Below, one piece after another: positions 1 to 10,599 of a DNA stretch of 64,000 nt (position 1 is its first letter; the number at the start of each line of letters is the position of its first letter). The stretch comes from a virus. The notes under the pieces are model-generated. The model was given only the letters and a program-made list of their open reading frames with translations. It did no database searches and was not told where the DNA came from. Location: IMG/VR virus record IMGVR_UViG_3300025684_000011. One strand, given 5' to 3'. The translations under genes were made by a program, and so were the position numbers.

Positions 1-1
1 C

Positions 2-322
2 TTAAAACCTAATGCTCCTGTTGAAGAAGTATTTCTAAAACGTCTTGATAACTCAAATGGAAAACAAATTCTTCAAGCAGTTAATAGAAAAACTAGAAGA
101 TCTCTTTCACCATCGGAAGCCGCTGATGTTGCTAGAATTGTAAGACAGCAAGATGATAAATTAGGAGCAGGAGTACTTGAAGCTCAAAGAAATAAACTAA
201 GCCCTGATGCTAGAAAAGCATTACAGCAAATTAACTCGTCACAAAATACTAAGGTAAGAGAAGATATCCAACGTAAGGATAACATACTTAGAACACAACG
301 AGATGCATCTAGGAGAGGTTAA
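2..322 (+). CDS. 3' end of a hypothetical protein (truncated by window start)
   Basis: Open frame from nt 2 (LKPNAPVEEVF...RRG) to TAA 320-322, overlapping the next ATG. Confidence 0.75.
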   Translation, partial: LKPNAPVEEVFLKRLDNSNGKQILQAVNRKTRRSLSPSEAADVARIVRQQDDKLGAGVLEAQRNKLSPDARKALQQINSSQNTKVREDIQRKDNILRTQRDASRRG

Positions 323-705
323 TGAGTAATATTATACCACAAGTAAAATTTGATCAAGCAGTACAGAAAGTCTTAAACTTGGGCTTAGGAAGAACACCAG
401 CAGAAAATGTTGTTCAGAATCTATGGAAAGCAAGTATTGACTTAGGACTTGAGTTTAATAACTTAATTACTCAAGCAACTAAGACTGGAAAGTTAGTGGT
501 TACTCAAGATGTTTTAAATAATATTAATACCAATAATAATCCAAACGGTATCTCGTATAATGTAAAACAGCCTCTTAACATTCCACCGGTTGTATTAAGA
601 GAGTTTCGTGTTAATAATTATGATTATGCTTATACAACACAACTTGGAGAATTAATTACTACACAAGATCCAAACGAGGCGTTATTAACTGAAGCCGGTA
701 CATAA
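322..705 (+). CDS. hypothetical protein
   Basis: 127-aa ORF, AGGAG RBS, coupled to both neighbours. Confidence 0.7.
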   Translation: MSNIIPQVKFDQAVQKVLNLGLGRTPAENVVQNLWKASIDLGLEFNNLITQATKTGKLVVTQDVLNNINTNNNPNGISYNVKQPLNIPPVVLREFRVNNYDYAYTTQLGELITTQDPNEALLTEAGT

Positions 706-707
706 AA

Positions 708-1160
708 ATGGCCAACAATTTTAAAAAAGGAACCTATTCGGTTCTCAACCCAAACAAGTACACAGGTAAAGGAGCTCCAACATATAGAAGTGGTTGGGAG
801 TTAACCTTTATGAGATTCTGTGATAATAATCCTAATATTATATCTTGGGCAAGTGAAGCAGTTAGAATACCTTACAGAAATCCATTTACTGGAAAACAAA
901 CAACTTATGTCCCAGACTTTTTAATAACTTATATGGGAAAAAATAATCAACGTAGAGCAGAACTAATCGAAGTTAAACCTAGAGCTCAAGTTACTTTAGA
1001 AGTAGCTCGTAGCCAGAAAGAAAAAGCGTCAGTAATACTTAATATGGCAAAGTGGGAAGCCGCTAGAGCCTGGTGCAAAGGAATGGGTTGTCAATTCCGT
1101 ATTATAACAGAGGAAGATCTTTTTAATAAGGCTAGTCCTAACAGAACACGTCGTAAATAA
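708..1160 (+). CDS. head completion nuclease, T4 gp4-like (TnsA-like PD-(D/E)XK fold)
   Basis: YRSGWE..FM.FCD.NP.I..WASE...IPY, YVPDF and IEVKP motifs. Confidence 0.88.
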   Translation: MANNFKKGTYSVLNPNKYTGKGAPTYRSGWELTFMRFCDNNPNIISWASEAVRIPYRNPFTGKQTTYVPDFLITYMGKNNQRRAELIEVKPRAQVTLEVARSQKEKASVILNMAKWEAARAWCKGMGCQFRIITEEDLFNKASPNRTRRK

Positions 1161-1216
1161 CCTAATTTTTGGTTCAAAGTGAACACCCGTATGGTATTAA
1201 GATCATAAGTATATAC

Positions 1217-1738
1217 ATGACTAAGAAATTAGAAGAGGTATTTGGATTTTCTCCCGAAAGTGATGATGAAAACGATAGTACCGACCTAAACAACACAATT
1301 GACGCAGAAGTCAATATCGAGCCAGTAGTAGTGGATGAAATAAGATCTGCTCAGGCAGTAATAGATATGGCGAGTCGTATAGATACGGCTTTACCAACTG
1401 TTACAGATATGGCTAGTGCTGAAAGAGAATTAGATAACCTTGCACAAAAGGCAGAAAGTCAAAGCGATAGATTAATGGATTTAGGCTTTAATGTTGATGA
1501 CAGAAATGCCGGTAAAGTATTTGAAGTAGGAGCCACATTACTTAAAGTAGCAGTAGACGCCAAAGTATCTAAGTTAGAAAAGAAACTTAAAATGGTAGAA
1601 TTACAGCTAAGAAAAGCAAAACTTAACCAGTCAGACGATAAGGATGATACAAATGTCATAGACGCAGATTCAACTACCTTGGCTAGTAGGAATGACTTAG
1701 TGCAAGCAATACTAAATCGTGTGGGTCAGAATAAATAA
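1217..1738 (+). CDS. hypothetical helical protein, candidate terminase small subunit
   Basis: ATG 1217 lies 5 nt after TAAGTA; coiled-coil; sits between gp4-like gene and terL; function inferred from position only. Confidence 0.5.
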   Translation: MTKKLEEVFGFSPESDDENDSTDLNNTIDAEVNIEPVVVDEIRSAQAVIDMASRIDTALPTVTDMASAERELDNLAQKAESQSDRLMDLGFNVDDRNAGKVFEVGATLLKVAVDAKVSKLEKKLKMVELQLRKAKLNQSDDKDDTNVIDADSTTLASRNDLVQAILNRVGQNK

Positions 1739-1758
1739 GAGTATGAGGAGATATAATT

Positions 1759-2355
1759 ATGCCCACTTTATTAGAATATATTAACCAATTACAACGGGAA
1801 CACAAATACCGTGTAAAAATGGTTTTTTCGCCTAGCGAAAAACAGCTCGAGACTTTAGAAAGACATATGAAAAAATATGATGCTCTTGAAGTCGGAAGAC
1901 CTGAAAAACTTATGCTACAAGCAATCCCTGCAGACTTTCCTAACTATGGAGGTCACGAGGTTGTGGTAATGGACGTTACTACAAGATTGCCAATTCAGCC
2001 TGTTATGTTAGAGACAGAACTTAGAGAACTTTGTAGAGTACCAGAAGGAACTTTAAAAGTATTTGGTGCTGACGAGCCATTGGAAAAGCAAACTCAAAAA
2101 TCAATGGAAGAAACAGATGAAGAATACGAAGCAATTACAGGAACAGAATACCAAGACAAAGAAGCAAATGAAGTTTCTGCTAAAGATGTAGCAGGCGACG
2201 AATATGTTTCTAAACTTGTAGACTCTGCATCAGAAGATGACAGCAGAAAAGTAGTATTATCTAAAGAATCAGATGCTACTACATCTGGACCAATCCTAAA
2301 CGACAAGACAGTTTCTGATAGTCCACTAACAAAAGCAAACAAAGGAGCAAACTAA
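1759..2355 (+). CDS. hypothetical late/morphogenesis protein
   Basis: GAGGAG RBS, TAAATA upstream, 198 aa. Confidence 0.65.
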   Translation: MPTLLEYINQLQREHKYRVKMVFSPSEKQLETLERHMKKYDALEVGRPEKLMLQAIPADFPNYGGHEVVVMDVTTRLPIQPVMLETELRELCRVPEGTLKVFGADEPLEKQTQKSMEETDEEYEAITGTEYQDKEANEVSAKDVAGDEYVSKLVDSASEDDSRKVVLSKESDATTSGPILNDKTVSDSPLTKANKGAN

Positions 2356-2356
2356 A

Positions 2357-4561
2357 ATGGCAAATAATAATGATGACATTAAAAATGTATTATTAGCACT
2401 TAATCAATTTACTCCTGCTGATGCAGTATTAACTGTCGATAGTGAAACTAAGAATACTGATATTGTGCAGGAAGGAATTAGAGTTACCAAAGAAGGTATT
2501 GAAGAAGCATGGGACACGTTAGAGGCTCCTAAGGCTAAAGAAGCTACTGCTGAAGCAGATACAGAGGTTACAGAGCATAACAGCGGTGAAGATGTTACTT
2601 TAACAGTTAACACTCCAACTGAAATCAAAGTACCAGCAGAGCAAGCAGATATGATTGCTAATATGCTTAAATTAGCAGGAGTTGAAGTTGGCGACAAACC
2701 AGCTATGGACCAACCAGATATGGATATGGACAGCGGCGACGGAGAAGACTTACCTATGGTAATTCCAACTGATGACGAAGAAGCACCATTAATGGGTGCC
2801 TGTGCATCAGAAGGAAATGAATTCTCAGGTAAACGCCAAGATGCTATTGATGCTGGAGAAGACGAGTTTGAAGTTGACGGTAAAACTCATAAAGTTAAAG
2901 GCGACAACGGCAAAACTGAATCAGAAGAAGTTCAAGAAGCCAAAGATAAGATGGTTTGTAAGCATTGTGGAGATGAAATTTATAAACCTAAATCAGATTG
3001 TGAATGTGATTGCAATGATCCAAAAGGTGATAATTGGGTCAAAGAAACATATGAAATGGCTGAAGTTGAAGAATCAATTGAAAAGGCATGGAACGAAAAT
3101 GTTACATCTGAAGCAATTGGACAGTATGCAGATCCACTATACGATTTAATTGAAGAATTAGGAAGTCATCAGGTAGTAATGGATGAACTTATTCGTTATT
3201 TAGATGCTGATCAAATTAAAGAGTTTGTTTCAGACTTCCGCAGACATCATGAAATGCCAGCAGATGGTCCTATTGATGATGACGATCCAAGATACATGGA
3301 TGATGAAAATCTTCCAAAAGAAGGAGTTGAAATGAAAAAAGAATCAGACACAGCTTTGTCTACAGGAAATGCAATAATGTATAAAGGCAAAGAAATTGAT
3401 TTGCGTAAACTAGATTATGACATGCAAGACATAAGCGACGGTATGTGGGAAATAAATGCTCCTGTGTATTACACAGACGGTACAGAAGTAGCAGATGGTG
3501 ATTATGATGGTTTATATGATCTGCCAGAATTAAATGATTGGATATATCAAGATTATACGTCCGAGTCAATTGAAGAGTCAGACATTGATCAAATTGCAGA
3601 CGTTGGAAAAGTCTATTCTAAGATTAACAAAATGAAAATGGATTTGGTTGACAACGGCATGGAGCCAGAAGATGCACAGGACAAAGCATGTGAAAAATAT
3701 GACTGTGATCCAGCAATGTACGACAAATATGTTGAAATGAAGAGAGATGAAAGAGAACAACCAATGCAAGAAGCTTTTGACAAAGTGGATAGAATTACCG
3801 ATATGGAAGAACTCAATCTTTACGATCCTGCAGAAATAGAAGCCGCTAAGTCAATGAGTGCAGAACAACTTAAAGACGAGCTAATGGGCGACATCTATCA
3901 TGTAATGGATAAAGCATCAGATGATTTTACTGACAATGATTATATTGTGGATGAAATGGGTGATAACTTTGCCTCTATGCATTTAAACGCAGATGATGCA
4001 ACATTGTCTTGTTATAGTGCAATGAGAGATTTAGTTGATGAAGATCCAGCAGACGTTTTACAAACAGGTCAAATGTGCCTTAAAATATTAGGTGCTCAAC
4101 CATATGAAGCTAATGAGTCTAAAGATAATTTAGATCCTCAAGTAAATCGTATTGCTGAGTTATCAGGTATAACAACCCCAGTAGCACAAGCAAACCCAGT
4201 AGCAGAAGCAGTTTCAACAACAGACCTTATTACAAAGTATCAAGGTTCAGAAGTTGATGTTAACGATATGAACAGATTGTTAAAACTATCTGGAATGGGT
4301 GAACTAGACGAGTCTAAACTAGCAAATGCACCAGCAGGAACTAGTATGGATGAGCCAACTGAATTTGACAAATTACCAAGTGAAGTAGGTAAAGGTGCTG
4401 GTAACTCAGATTACATTAACCGTGCAGATGGCCAAGGAGAAAATCCAATGGGTATGCATAGTAGTGATGTTGAAGAGTCATTTAATACAGCTTTAGGTGA
4501 ATACCGCAAGTTTGTAGCAGAAGGCATTATGGGAAAAAAGACTAAAAAAGCTAAGAAGTAG
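2357..4561 (+). CDS. very acidic 734-aa protein, putative prohead core/internal protein
   Basis: D/E-rich; many hydrophobic-x-E sites; small Cys cluster CKHC...CECDC; directly upstream of terL. Confidence 0.55.
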   Translation: MANNNDDIKNVLLALNQFTPADAVLTVDSETKNTDIVQEGIRVTKEGIEEAWDTLEAPKAKEATAEADTEVTEHNSGEDVTLTVNTPTEIKVPAEQADMIANMLKLAGVEVGDKPAMDQPDMDMDSGDGEDLPMVIPTDDEEAPLMGACASEGNEFSGKRQDAIDAGEDEFEVDGKTHKVKGDNGKTESEEVQEAKDKMVCKHCGDEIYKPKSDCECDCNDPKGDNWVKETYEMAEVEESIEKAWNENVTSEAIGQYADPLYDLIEELGSHQVVMDELIRYLDADQIKEFVSDFRRHHEMPADGPIDDDDPRYMDDENLPKEGVEMKKESDTALSTGNAIMYKGKEIDLRKLDYDMQDISDGMWEINAPVYYTDGTEVADGDYDGLYDLPELNDWIYQDYTSESIEESDIDQIADVGKVYSKINKMKMDLVDNGMEPEDAQDKACEKYDCDPAMYDKYVEMKRDEREQPMQEAFDKVDRITDMEELNLYDPAEIEAAKSMSAEQLKDELMGDIYHVMDKASDDFTDNDYIVDEMGDNFASMHLNADDATLSCYSAMRDLVDEDPADVLQTGQMCLKILGAQPYEANESKDNLDPQVNRIAELSGITTPVAQANPVAEAVSTTDLITKYQGSEVDVNDMNRLLKLSGMGELDESKLANAPAGTSMDEPTEFDKLPSEVGKGAGNSDYINRADGQGENPMGMHSSDVEESFNTALGEYRKFVAEGIMGKKTKKAKK

Positions 4562-4570
4562 GAGTAGCTA

Positions 4571-6130
4571 ATGGCAAACAGACCTAATTTTAGTTTTGTT
4601 AAATCGCCTTATCAATTAGAGAGATTCACGGACGAACAAATCCGTGAACTCTCCATTTGTGCGAACGATCCAATTTATTTTATCGATACTCATTGTTGGG
4701 TACAACATGCAGTTCGAGGTAAAATACCTTTCAAACTTTATCGTTATCAACGTGATTTATTAAAATGCTATCATGAAAACAGATATAGTATTAATATGCT
4801 CGGAAGACAGATGGGCAAAACTGCCTGTGCGGCCGCATACCTAGTGTGGAGAGCATTATTTGTTGCTGATAGTACAATACTTATTGCGGCACATAAATTT
4901 GCTGGTGCTCAAGAAATTATGCAAAGGGTCCGTTATACATATGAAACACTTCCAGACTTTCTAAAAGCAGGCGCAACTAGTTATAATAAAGGTAGTATAG
5001 ATTTTGACAACGGAAGTCGTATCATGTCAGCAACAACCACAGACAATACCGGACGTGGTATGTCTATATCTTTATTATATGCTGATGAGTTTGCCTTTGT
5101 TAAGCCTAGAATTGCAACTGAATTTTGGACATCAATTTCACCTACACTAGCAACAGGTGGTAAATGTATTATTACAAGTACTCCAAACCAAGATGACGAC
5201 CAATTTGCTCGTATATGGAAAGAAGCAGAAAAGAAGATTGATGACTTTGGAAATCCTAATACTAATCCTACACTAGGACAAAACGGATTTGCAAATATAC
5301 AATTTAAATGGAACAGACATCCAGAAAGAAATGAAGATTGGGCAATGGAAGAACGTTCTAAAATTGGAGAAGAAAGATTTAGAAGAGAACACGAATGTGA
5401 ATTTATTATTGCAGATGAAACATTAATTAATCCTTTAAAATTGGTAAACATGAAAAGCCAAGATGCAAAATTTAATTTAGGACAAGTCCGTGTTTACGAA
5501 CAACCTAATGCTACAGCATTTGTAATAGGATGGGATCCTTCATTAGGAACAGGCGGAGACATGGCCGCAATCGAAATATATCGTTTACCAGATGTTGTAC
5601 AAGTAGCAGAATGGCAACATAATAAAACAGATATACAAGGCCAGTTAAGACAACTTGTTAGTATGTTACGTTGGCTACAAACCGAATGCCCTGACGCAGA
5701 ACTATATTGGTCAGTAGAGAATAATAGTATTGGTGAAGCATCGTTAGTTTCAATTAAAGAATTTGGAGAAGAAAACATTCCTGGTAACTTTGTACAAGAA
5801 GTAAGAAAGCCCGGACAAACAAAAGGAAGAAGAGGATTTAATACAACGCATAAAAGTAAAATTACTTCTTGTATGCGTTTGAAGAGCTATATTGAAGGCG
5901 ACAAAATGACAGTAAGAAGTCATAACTTGTTAAGAGAAATGAAAAATTTTATTGCTAAAGGTTCTAGTTTTTCTGCTAAAGAAGGGGAAACTGATGATTT
6001 AGTAATGTCTACAATATTAGCATTAAGAATTATTGAGGTAGTAATGGCATGGGATATGCCAACATATGAATATCTCATAAATAGTGATACAGAAGAAGCA
6101 ATTAAGCCTATGCCTATTGGCTTCTTATAA
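4571..6130 (+). CDS. terL: terminase large subunit (T4 gp17-like)
   Basis: Walker A RQMGKT, Walker B LLYADEFAF, ITSTPN, nuclease GWDPSLG, ENN, DDLVMS. Confidence 0.96.
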   Translation: MANRPNFSFVKSPYQLERFTDEQIRELSICANDPIYFIDTHCWVQHAVRGKIPFKLYRYQRDLLKCYHENRYSINMLGRQMGKTACAAAYLVWRALFVADSTILIAAHKFAGAQEIMQRVRYTYETLPDFLKAGATSYNKGSIDFDNGSRIMSATTTDNTGRGMSISLLYADEFAFVKPRIATEFWTSISPTLATGGKCIITSTPNQDDDQFARIWKEAEKKIDDFGNPNTNPTLGQNGFANIQFKWNRHPERNEDWAMEERSKIGEERFRREHECEFIIADETLINPLKLVNMKSQDAKFNLGQVRVYEQPNATAFVIGWDPSLGTGGDMAAIEIYRLPDVVQVAEWQHNKTDIQGQLRQLVSMLRWLQTECPDAELYWSVENNSIGEASLVSIKEFGEENIPGNFVQEVRKPGQTKGRRGFNTTHKSKITSCMRLKSYIEGDKMTVRSHNLLREMKNFIAKGSSFSAKEGETDDLVMSTILALRIIEVVMAWDMPTYEYLINSDTEEAIKPMPIGFL

Positions 6131-6143
6131 GGTAAATAACAGT

Positions 6144-7055
6144 ATGGCAAATAAAGAAAATATATCATCTGACTTAGTTGGAACTTTAACAGGGCTTAGT
6201 CATAGTGTAGCACTTCGAGATGACGAAGGTAGAGCAACTGTTAATGCAGATGCTTCTATATACCTATACATTAAAGATAAAGGTATTCTTGTATTAGTTA
6301 AGAATGATGTCAAAGAAGTTGAAATTTGGTACGATCCTGCTTCAGCAGATATGGAATTTGTTAAAAACGAAATTAAACCACGGGTAACTACTACAGCTAG
6401 AAGATATCTTTATAGCACAACAACTAGAAGTTATGACGGAGAAATTAGACCTAAAGATTTTGTACACAGAACACAAACAAATGAAAGTAGGAATACAAGT
6501 AAATCCAGTTATCATCCGTTGGGCGAAACAAGAATTATTATTCGACACAATAAAAAAGTAGACGAAGAAAAACGTGGAGCTCGTAGCCGTAATATACAAG
6601 ATGTTTTTATTGAACATAAAGGCGAAAGATTTAGATATCCTCATAAACATTTACTAGGTGCTAGAGTCATGGCATTACATGTTGATCAAGGTGGAAAGCC
6701 TTGGGATCAACTAGGCGAAAAAATTAACGAAATTAGCAGACGTAGAAAAGACATTATGGAATTATTACGTTGGAGTAACAAAATTGAACCGTCATCGCAA
6801 CTTGAAGAAATTAGAAGTCGTGCAAAAAGTGAGGTATTATTGCTTCGTAGAATAATGGATAGTGCCGCTAGAACTGGTAAATTAGATCGTATTGTTGAAC
6901 ATAAGCTAATAATTAGACAGCCAGTATCAGAATCAAATTTAAATATTATACGAAATACAAATGTTAAACTTAAATTAATCCCTGGGTTAGAAATTATTAG
7001 GCCAGAGGGGTTAGTTACTGAAGAACTTAATATACTAACTAATAAATTATTATGA
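6144..7055 (+). CDS. hypothetical protein downstream of terminase
   Basis: ATG 6144 lies 5 nt after TAAATA, preferred over the overlapping 6084 start. Confidence 0.65.
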   Translation: MANKENISSDLVGTLTGLSHSVALRDDEGRATVNADASIYLYIKDKGILVLVKNDVKEVEIWYDPASADMEFVKNEIKPRVTTTARRYLYSTTTRSYDGEIRPKDFVHRTQTNESRNTSKSSYHPLGETRIIIRHNKKVDEEKRGARSRNIQDVFIEHKGERFRYPHKHLLGARVMALHVDQGGKPWDQLGEKINEISRRRKDIMELLRWSNKIEPSSQLEEIRSRAKSEVLLLRRIMDSAARTGKLDRIVEHKLIIRQPVSESNLNIIRNTNVKLKLIPGLEIIRPEGLVTEELNILTNKLL

Positions 7056-7786
7056 TCAATTGGCAGAATGCCTATAATATACCTGGATGGATGCTTTGGA
7101 GAGATTTAATACTTTTAGGTATTATTGCTAAACATACATCAGAAAATTCAAATTTTATAGAAATTGGTAGTTTTGTTGGACGTAGCACTATGGCTATTAA
7201 AGACAATTTACCAGAAAGCACTTGTTTGACAAGTATCGATCCGTTATCAACGCAAATTTGGTCTGCGTATAAAATGGGTCCAGGTTGTTTAGGAGATCAA
7301 AAGGATAAAGAAGATTCTAAGATATACAGCAACTGGAAAGAAATGGTAAAAATAGCACAAGAGCATGACAGCTGGATTCCTAGTTTTAAACATTGTACAA
7401 ATTTTGTTGAAAGTGATAAATGGAAGCTAATAACAAAAAGAAGTGATGAATACGAAATCCCACATGATATGAATATTGATGCAGTTTTTATAGATGGTGA
7501 CCATTCCACCGAACAAGTTGAACGTGATATCTGTAAGTTTATAGATGCAGATCCAAATGATGAGATGTTAATGCTAGGGCATGACTTAAACCTAGATCAC
7601 CATGATGACATATATCCAGCATTAGTTAGAACACAACGACACCCACGTTATAGACATAGAAGGCGCATATTAGTACAGATGCAATTATCTGAAATATGGT
7701 TTCTTTGGCCTACAAAAGGCAAATGGGCAACCCTTTTACCACAAATTATAAACGAAGTCAACCACGAAAGTGAATATTTCTCCTAA
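7052..7786 (+). CDS. class I SAM-dependent methyltransferase (Methyltransf_24-like)
   Basis: IEIGSFVGRST, IDP, FIDGDHS, GHD motifs. Confidence 0.85.
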   Translation: MINWQNAYNIPGWMLWRDLILLGIIAKHTSENSNFIEIGSFVGRSTMAIKDNLPESTCLTSIDPLSTQIWSAYKMGPGCLGDQKDKEDSKIYSNWKEMVKIAQEHDSWIPSFKHCTNFVESDKWKLITKRSDEYEIPHDMNIDAVFIDGDHSTEQVERDICKFIDADPNDEMLMLGHDLNLDHHDDIYPALVRTQRHPRYRHRRRILVQMQLSEIWFLWPTKGKWATLLPQIINEVNHESEYFS

Positions 7787-7814
7787 ATACCGTCTAAAAC
7801 GGATAAATGGACAC

Positions 7815-7843
7815 TTGACTTTAACTAAGAAGATAAGTATAAT
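7815..7843 (+). promoter_or_regulatory. sigma70-type promoter for ssb
   Basis: TTGACT-N17-TATAAT. Confidence 0.8.
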
Positions 7844-7925
7844 TACAATGTAGGCCGGGAAGGTTTACGTTGTTTGGCTCATAAGATATGAACAAATTAA
7901 GGCTCATAATAAGGAGAAAATAATT

Positions 7926-8954
7926 ATGGCAACTTTAGCAGAAATACGAGCTCGTCTAACCGAGCAAGCCGCAAAATCGGGCGGTTCAACTCAATCCGGT
8001 GATAACGGGCTTTTCGCCCATTGGAACATTCCAGAAGGAACATCCGCAGTAATTCGCTTTCTACCAGACGGCGACGAATCCAATACATTCTTTTGGAGAG
8101 AACGTTTAATGATGCGTTTTGAATTTCCAGGCATTAAAGGCCAGGATGAAAATCGCAAATGCATTGTTCAAGTACCTTGTGTAGATATGTGGGGAGAGTC
8201 ATGTCCAATTCATGCTCAATTACGTCCTTGGTTTAATGATCCAAGCATGGAGCAATTGGCTAGGAAATATTGGAAGAAACGTAGTTACGTTTTTCAAGGA
8301 CTTATCGTATCTAGTCCAATGGATGAAGAAAATGTTCCAGATAATCCAGTTCGTAGAATGATTATTAGCCCTCAGATTTTTACAATCATTAAGAGTGCAT
8401 TAATGGACGTTGAGATGGAAGAGATCCCAACTGATTACGAACGTGGTACAGACTTCCGTATCAATAAAACCCAAAAAGGTGGTTATGCTGATTATAGTAC
8501 CTCATCTTGGGCTCGAAAGGAACGTAGTTTAAACGAGGAAGAACTAGAAGCAGTTTCTAAGCATGGACTGTTTAACTTAGATCAGTTTATGCCTAAACGT
8601 CCTGGTAAGGAAGAAGTTGATATTCAACTAGAAATGTTTGAAGCGTCAGTAGACGGGAAATTGTATGATCCAGAACGTTGGGGCAATTACTATCGCCCTA
8701 ATGGAGCAACCTTTGCTACTTCTGCTTCAGCAACTAATCCAGCTCCGGCTACTCCAGTAGCACCTGCACCCGCAACTCCAGTAGCAGAAGCGGCACCAGT
8801 AGCAACTCCGGCAGTAGCACCTGCACCAAGCACTCCAGCAGAAGCACCAGATGGAAATCCATCTCCTGTTGATGCTCCTGCTACAGGTGAAAAGAAACCT
8901 AGTGTGGATGATATTTTAAGTATGATTCGCAACAGGGAAACTACAGGTCAATAG
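7926..8954 (+). CDS. ssb: single-stranded DNA-binding protein (T4 gp32-like)
   Basis: AVIRFLPD, CPIH, YWKKRSY, GTDFRI.K..KGGYADYSTS; Pro/Ala linker; upstream of uvsX. Confidence 0.9.
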   Translation: MATLAEIRARLTEQAAKSGGSTQSGDNGLFAHWNIPEGTSAVIRFLPDGDESNTFFWRERLMMRFEFPGIKGQDENRKCIVQVPCVDMWGESCPIHAQLRPWFNDPSMEQLARKYWKKRSYVFQGLIVSSPMDEENVPDNPVRRMIISPQIFTIIKSALMDVEMEEIPTDYERGTDFRINKTQKGGYADYSTSSWARKERSLNEEELEAVSKHGLFNLDQFMPKRPGKEEVDIQLEMFEASVDGKLYDPERWGNYYRPNGATFATSASATNPAPATPVAPAPATPVAEAAPVATPAVAPAPSTPAEAPDGNPSPVDAPATGEKKPSVDDILSMIRNRETTGQ

Positions 8955-8961
8955 TAATATA

Positions 8962-8985
8962 AGGGTGGCAAGCGATTGTCACCCT
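8962..8985 (+). other. stem-loop between ssb and uvsX
   Basis: AGGGTGGCAA-GCGA-TTGTCACCCT, GNRA loop, no U-tract. Confidence 0.6.
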
Positions 8986-9007
8986 GATTACACATTAAGG
9001 AGTAAAT

Positions 9008-10126
9008 ATGACAAATAGAGCATTTGACGTTTCCAAGTTTCGTAAAAACTTAACAAAAGCCGTGCCTGGTATGAGTACCGGTTTTAATGATCCAAGAGAT
9101 TGGATTAGTACAGGCAACTACTGTTTAAACTATCTTATGTCGGGTGATTTTACAAGGGCAGTACCCCTTGGTAAAGTAACAATGTTTGCAGGAGAGTCAG
9201 GAGCAGGTAAATCTTTTATTGCTTCCGGTAATCTTGTAAAGAATGCCCAAGCACAAGATATTTTACCAGTTATCTTAGATACTGAGAACGCATTAGACGA
9301 GGAGTGGCTAAAAGCATTAGGCATTGATACAGACCCAGAGAAGTTAATGAGGTTTGGAGTTTCAATGGTTGATGAGGTTGCTAAATTTATCTCTGAGTTT
9401 ATGAAAGCATATAAAGACGAGTATGGAGATCTTCCATATGAGGAACAGAAGAAGATCATGTTTGTAGTTGATAGTGTTGGTATGCTATTAACACCTACTG
9501 ATATTAATCAGTTCGATGGAGGAGATCTAAAAGGCGACATGGGTCGTAAAGCAAAAGCACTTACGGCATTGATTAAAAATACTGTAAACCGTATTGCTCC
9601 GCACCCTGTGGGTTTGGTAGTTACTAATCATACCTATGCAAGTCAAGATATGTTTGATCCGGACGATAAAATTACTGGTGGTGCAGGATTTGTCTATGCA
9701 AGTTCTATGGTTGTAGCAATGAAGAAGCTAAAACTTAAGGTAGATGCAGATGGCAACAAAACATCACAAGTACATGGTATCAGAGCCGCATGTAAAATTA
9801 TGAAAACAAGATATTCTAAACCTTTTGAAAGTGTACAAGTAGAAATACCGTACACAACTGGTATGAATCCATATAGTGGACTTGTTGAATTATTTGAAGC
9901 ACGTGGTTTTCTTAAGAAGGAAGGTAACAAATTAGCATACACTATGTTAAATGGTGATATTATTAAGGAGTTCCGTAAGCAATATACCGGAGAAGTACTA
10001 GATAAGATAATGCAAGACGTTATCTCTCGTGGACAAGAACTAGCATATAGTGGTACCGAGGAAGATATTATTGATCCTGACACAGGTGAGGTACTAGAAG
10101 AAGCCAAAGCAGTAGCAGTAGAGTAG
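9008..10126 (+). CDS. uvsX: RecA/UvsX recombinase
   Basis: ISTGNY.LN, GESGAGKS, DTENA, VVDSVG, TNHTY. Confidence 0.95.
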   Translation: MTNRAFDVSKFRKNLTKAVPGMSTGFNDPRDWISTGNYCLNYLMSGDFTRAVPLGKVTMFAGESGAGKSFIASGNLVKNAQAQDILPVILDTENALDEEWLKALGIDTDPEKLMRFGVSMVDEVAKFISEFMKAYKDEYGDLPYEEQKKIMFVVDSVGMLLTPTDINQFDGGDLKGDMGRKAKALTALIKNTVNRIAPHPVGLVVTNHTYASQDMFDPDDKITGGAGFVYASSMVVAMKKLKLKVDADGNKTSQVHGIRAACKIMKTRYSKPFESVQVEIPYTTGMNPYSGLVELFEARGFLKKEGNKLAYTMLNGDIIKEFRKQYTGEVLDKIMQDVISRGQELAYSGTEEDIIDPDTGEVLEEAKAVAVE

Positions 10127-10129
10127 AAA

Positions 10130-10558
10130 ATGAAGGATTTGATGAAAAGAATAGGTCGTTATAGACTTATTTTAGATAGAAATAGTAACGAACCTTACCT
10201 AGAAAGATACTATCTATTCTTAAAGGATCGTGTAAACTTTCCTTTTAACATCTTCCTTCATAAGTTTCTTAGAAGTGACCCGGATGATTTACACGATCAT
10301 CCGTGGTCATACTTCACTCTTATTCTTAGAGGCGGATATTGGGAGCATACGTTAGACGGAAAGTACTGGCGAGGACCAGGACACTTTAGAGTATGCAAGG
10401 CAAATAGCTATCATAGAATTGAAATAGATCCTAATGTTGATGTATGGACATTGTTTATGCCATTTAAGCAAAAACGAGAATGGGGATTTTTAGAAAAAGG
10501 TAAGAACTGGGTGCATCACAAGACATACTTGGATAAACTTGCTAAAAAAATTAACTAA
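10130..10558 (+). CDS. cupin-fold phage protein
   Basis: LHDHPW...GGYWEH...YHRIE. Confidence 0.7.
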   Translation: MKDLMKRIGRYRLILDRNSNEPYLERYYLFLKDRVNFPFNIFLHKFLRSDPDDLHDHPWSYFTLILRGGYWEHTLDGKYWRGPGHFRVCKANSYHRIEIDPNVDVWTLFMPFKQKREWGFLEKGKNWVHHKTYLDKLAKKIN

Positions 10559-10599
10559 GTATAGCGACTTGGTACCAAGTTTATTATGGAGAAAAAAAT

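Noticed and set aside
708-1160. TnsA transposase / Tn7-like element
   Set aside because: Matches the T4 gp4 head-completion family in a packaging context; no tnsB/C or element ends seen.
8720-8890. Tandem repeat in ssb
   Set aside because: Ordinary Pro/Ala/Thr low-complexity linker; the antisense ORF 8690-8932 is its shadow.
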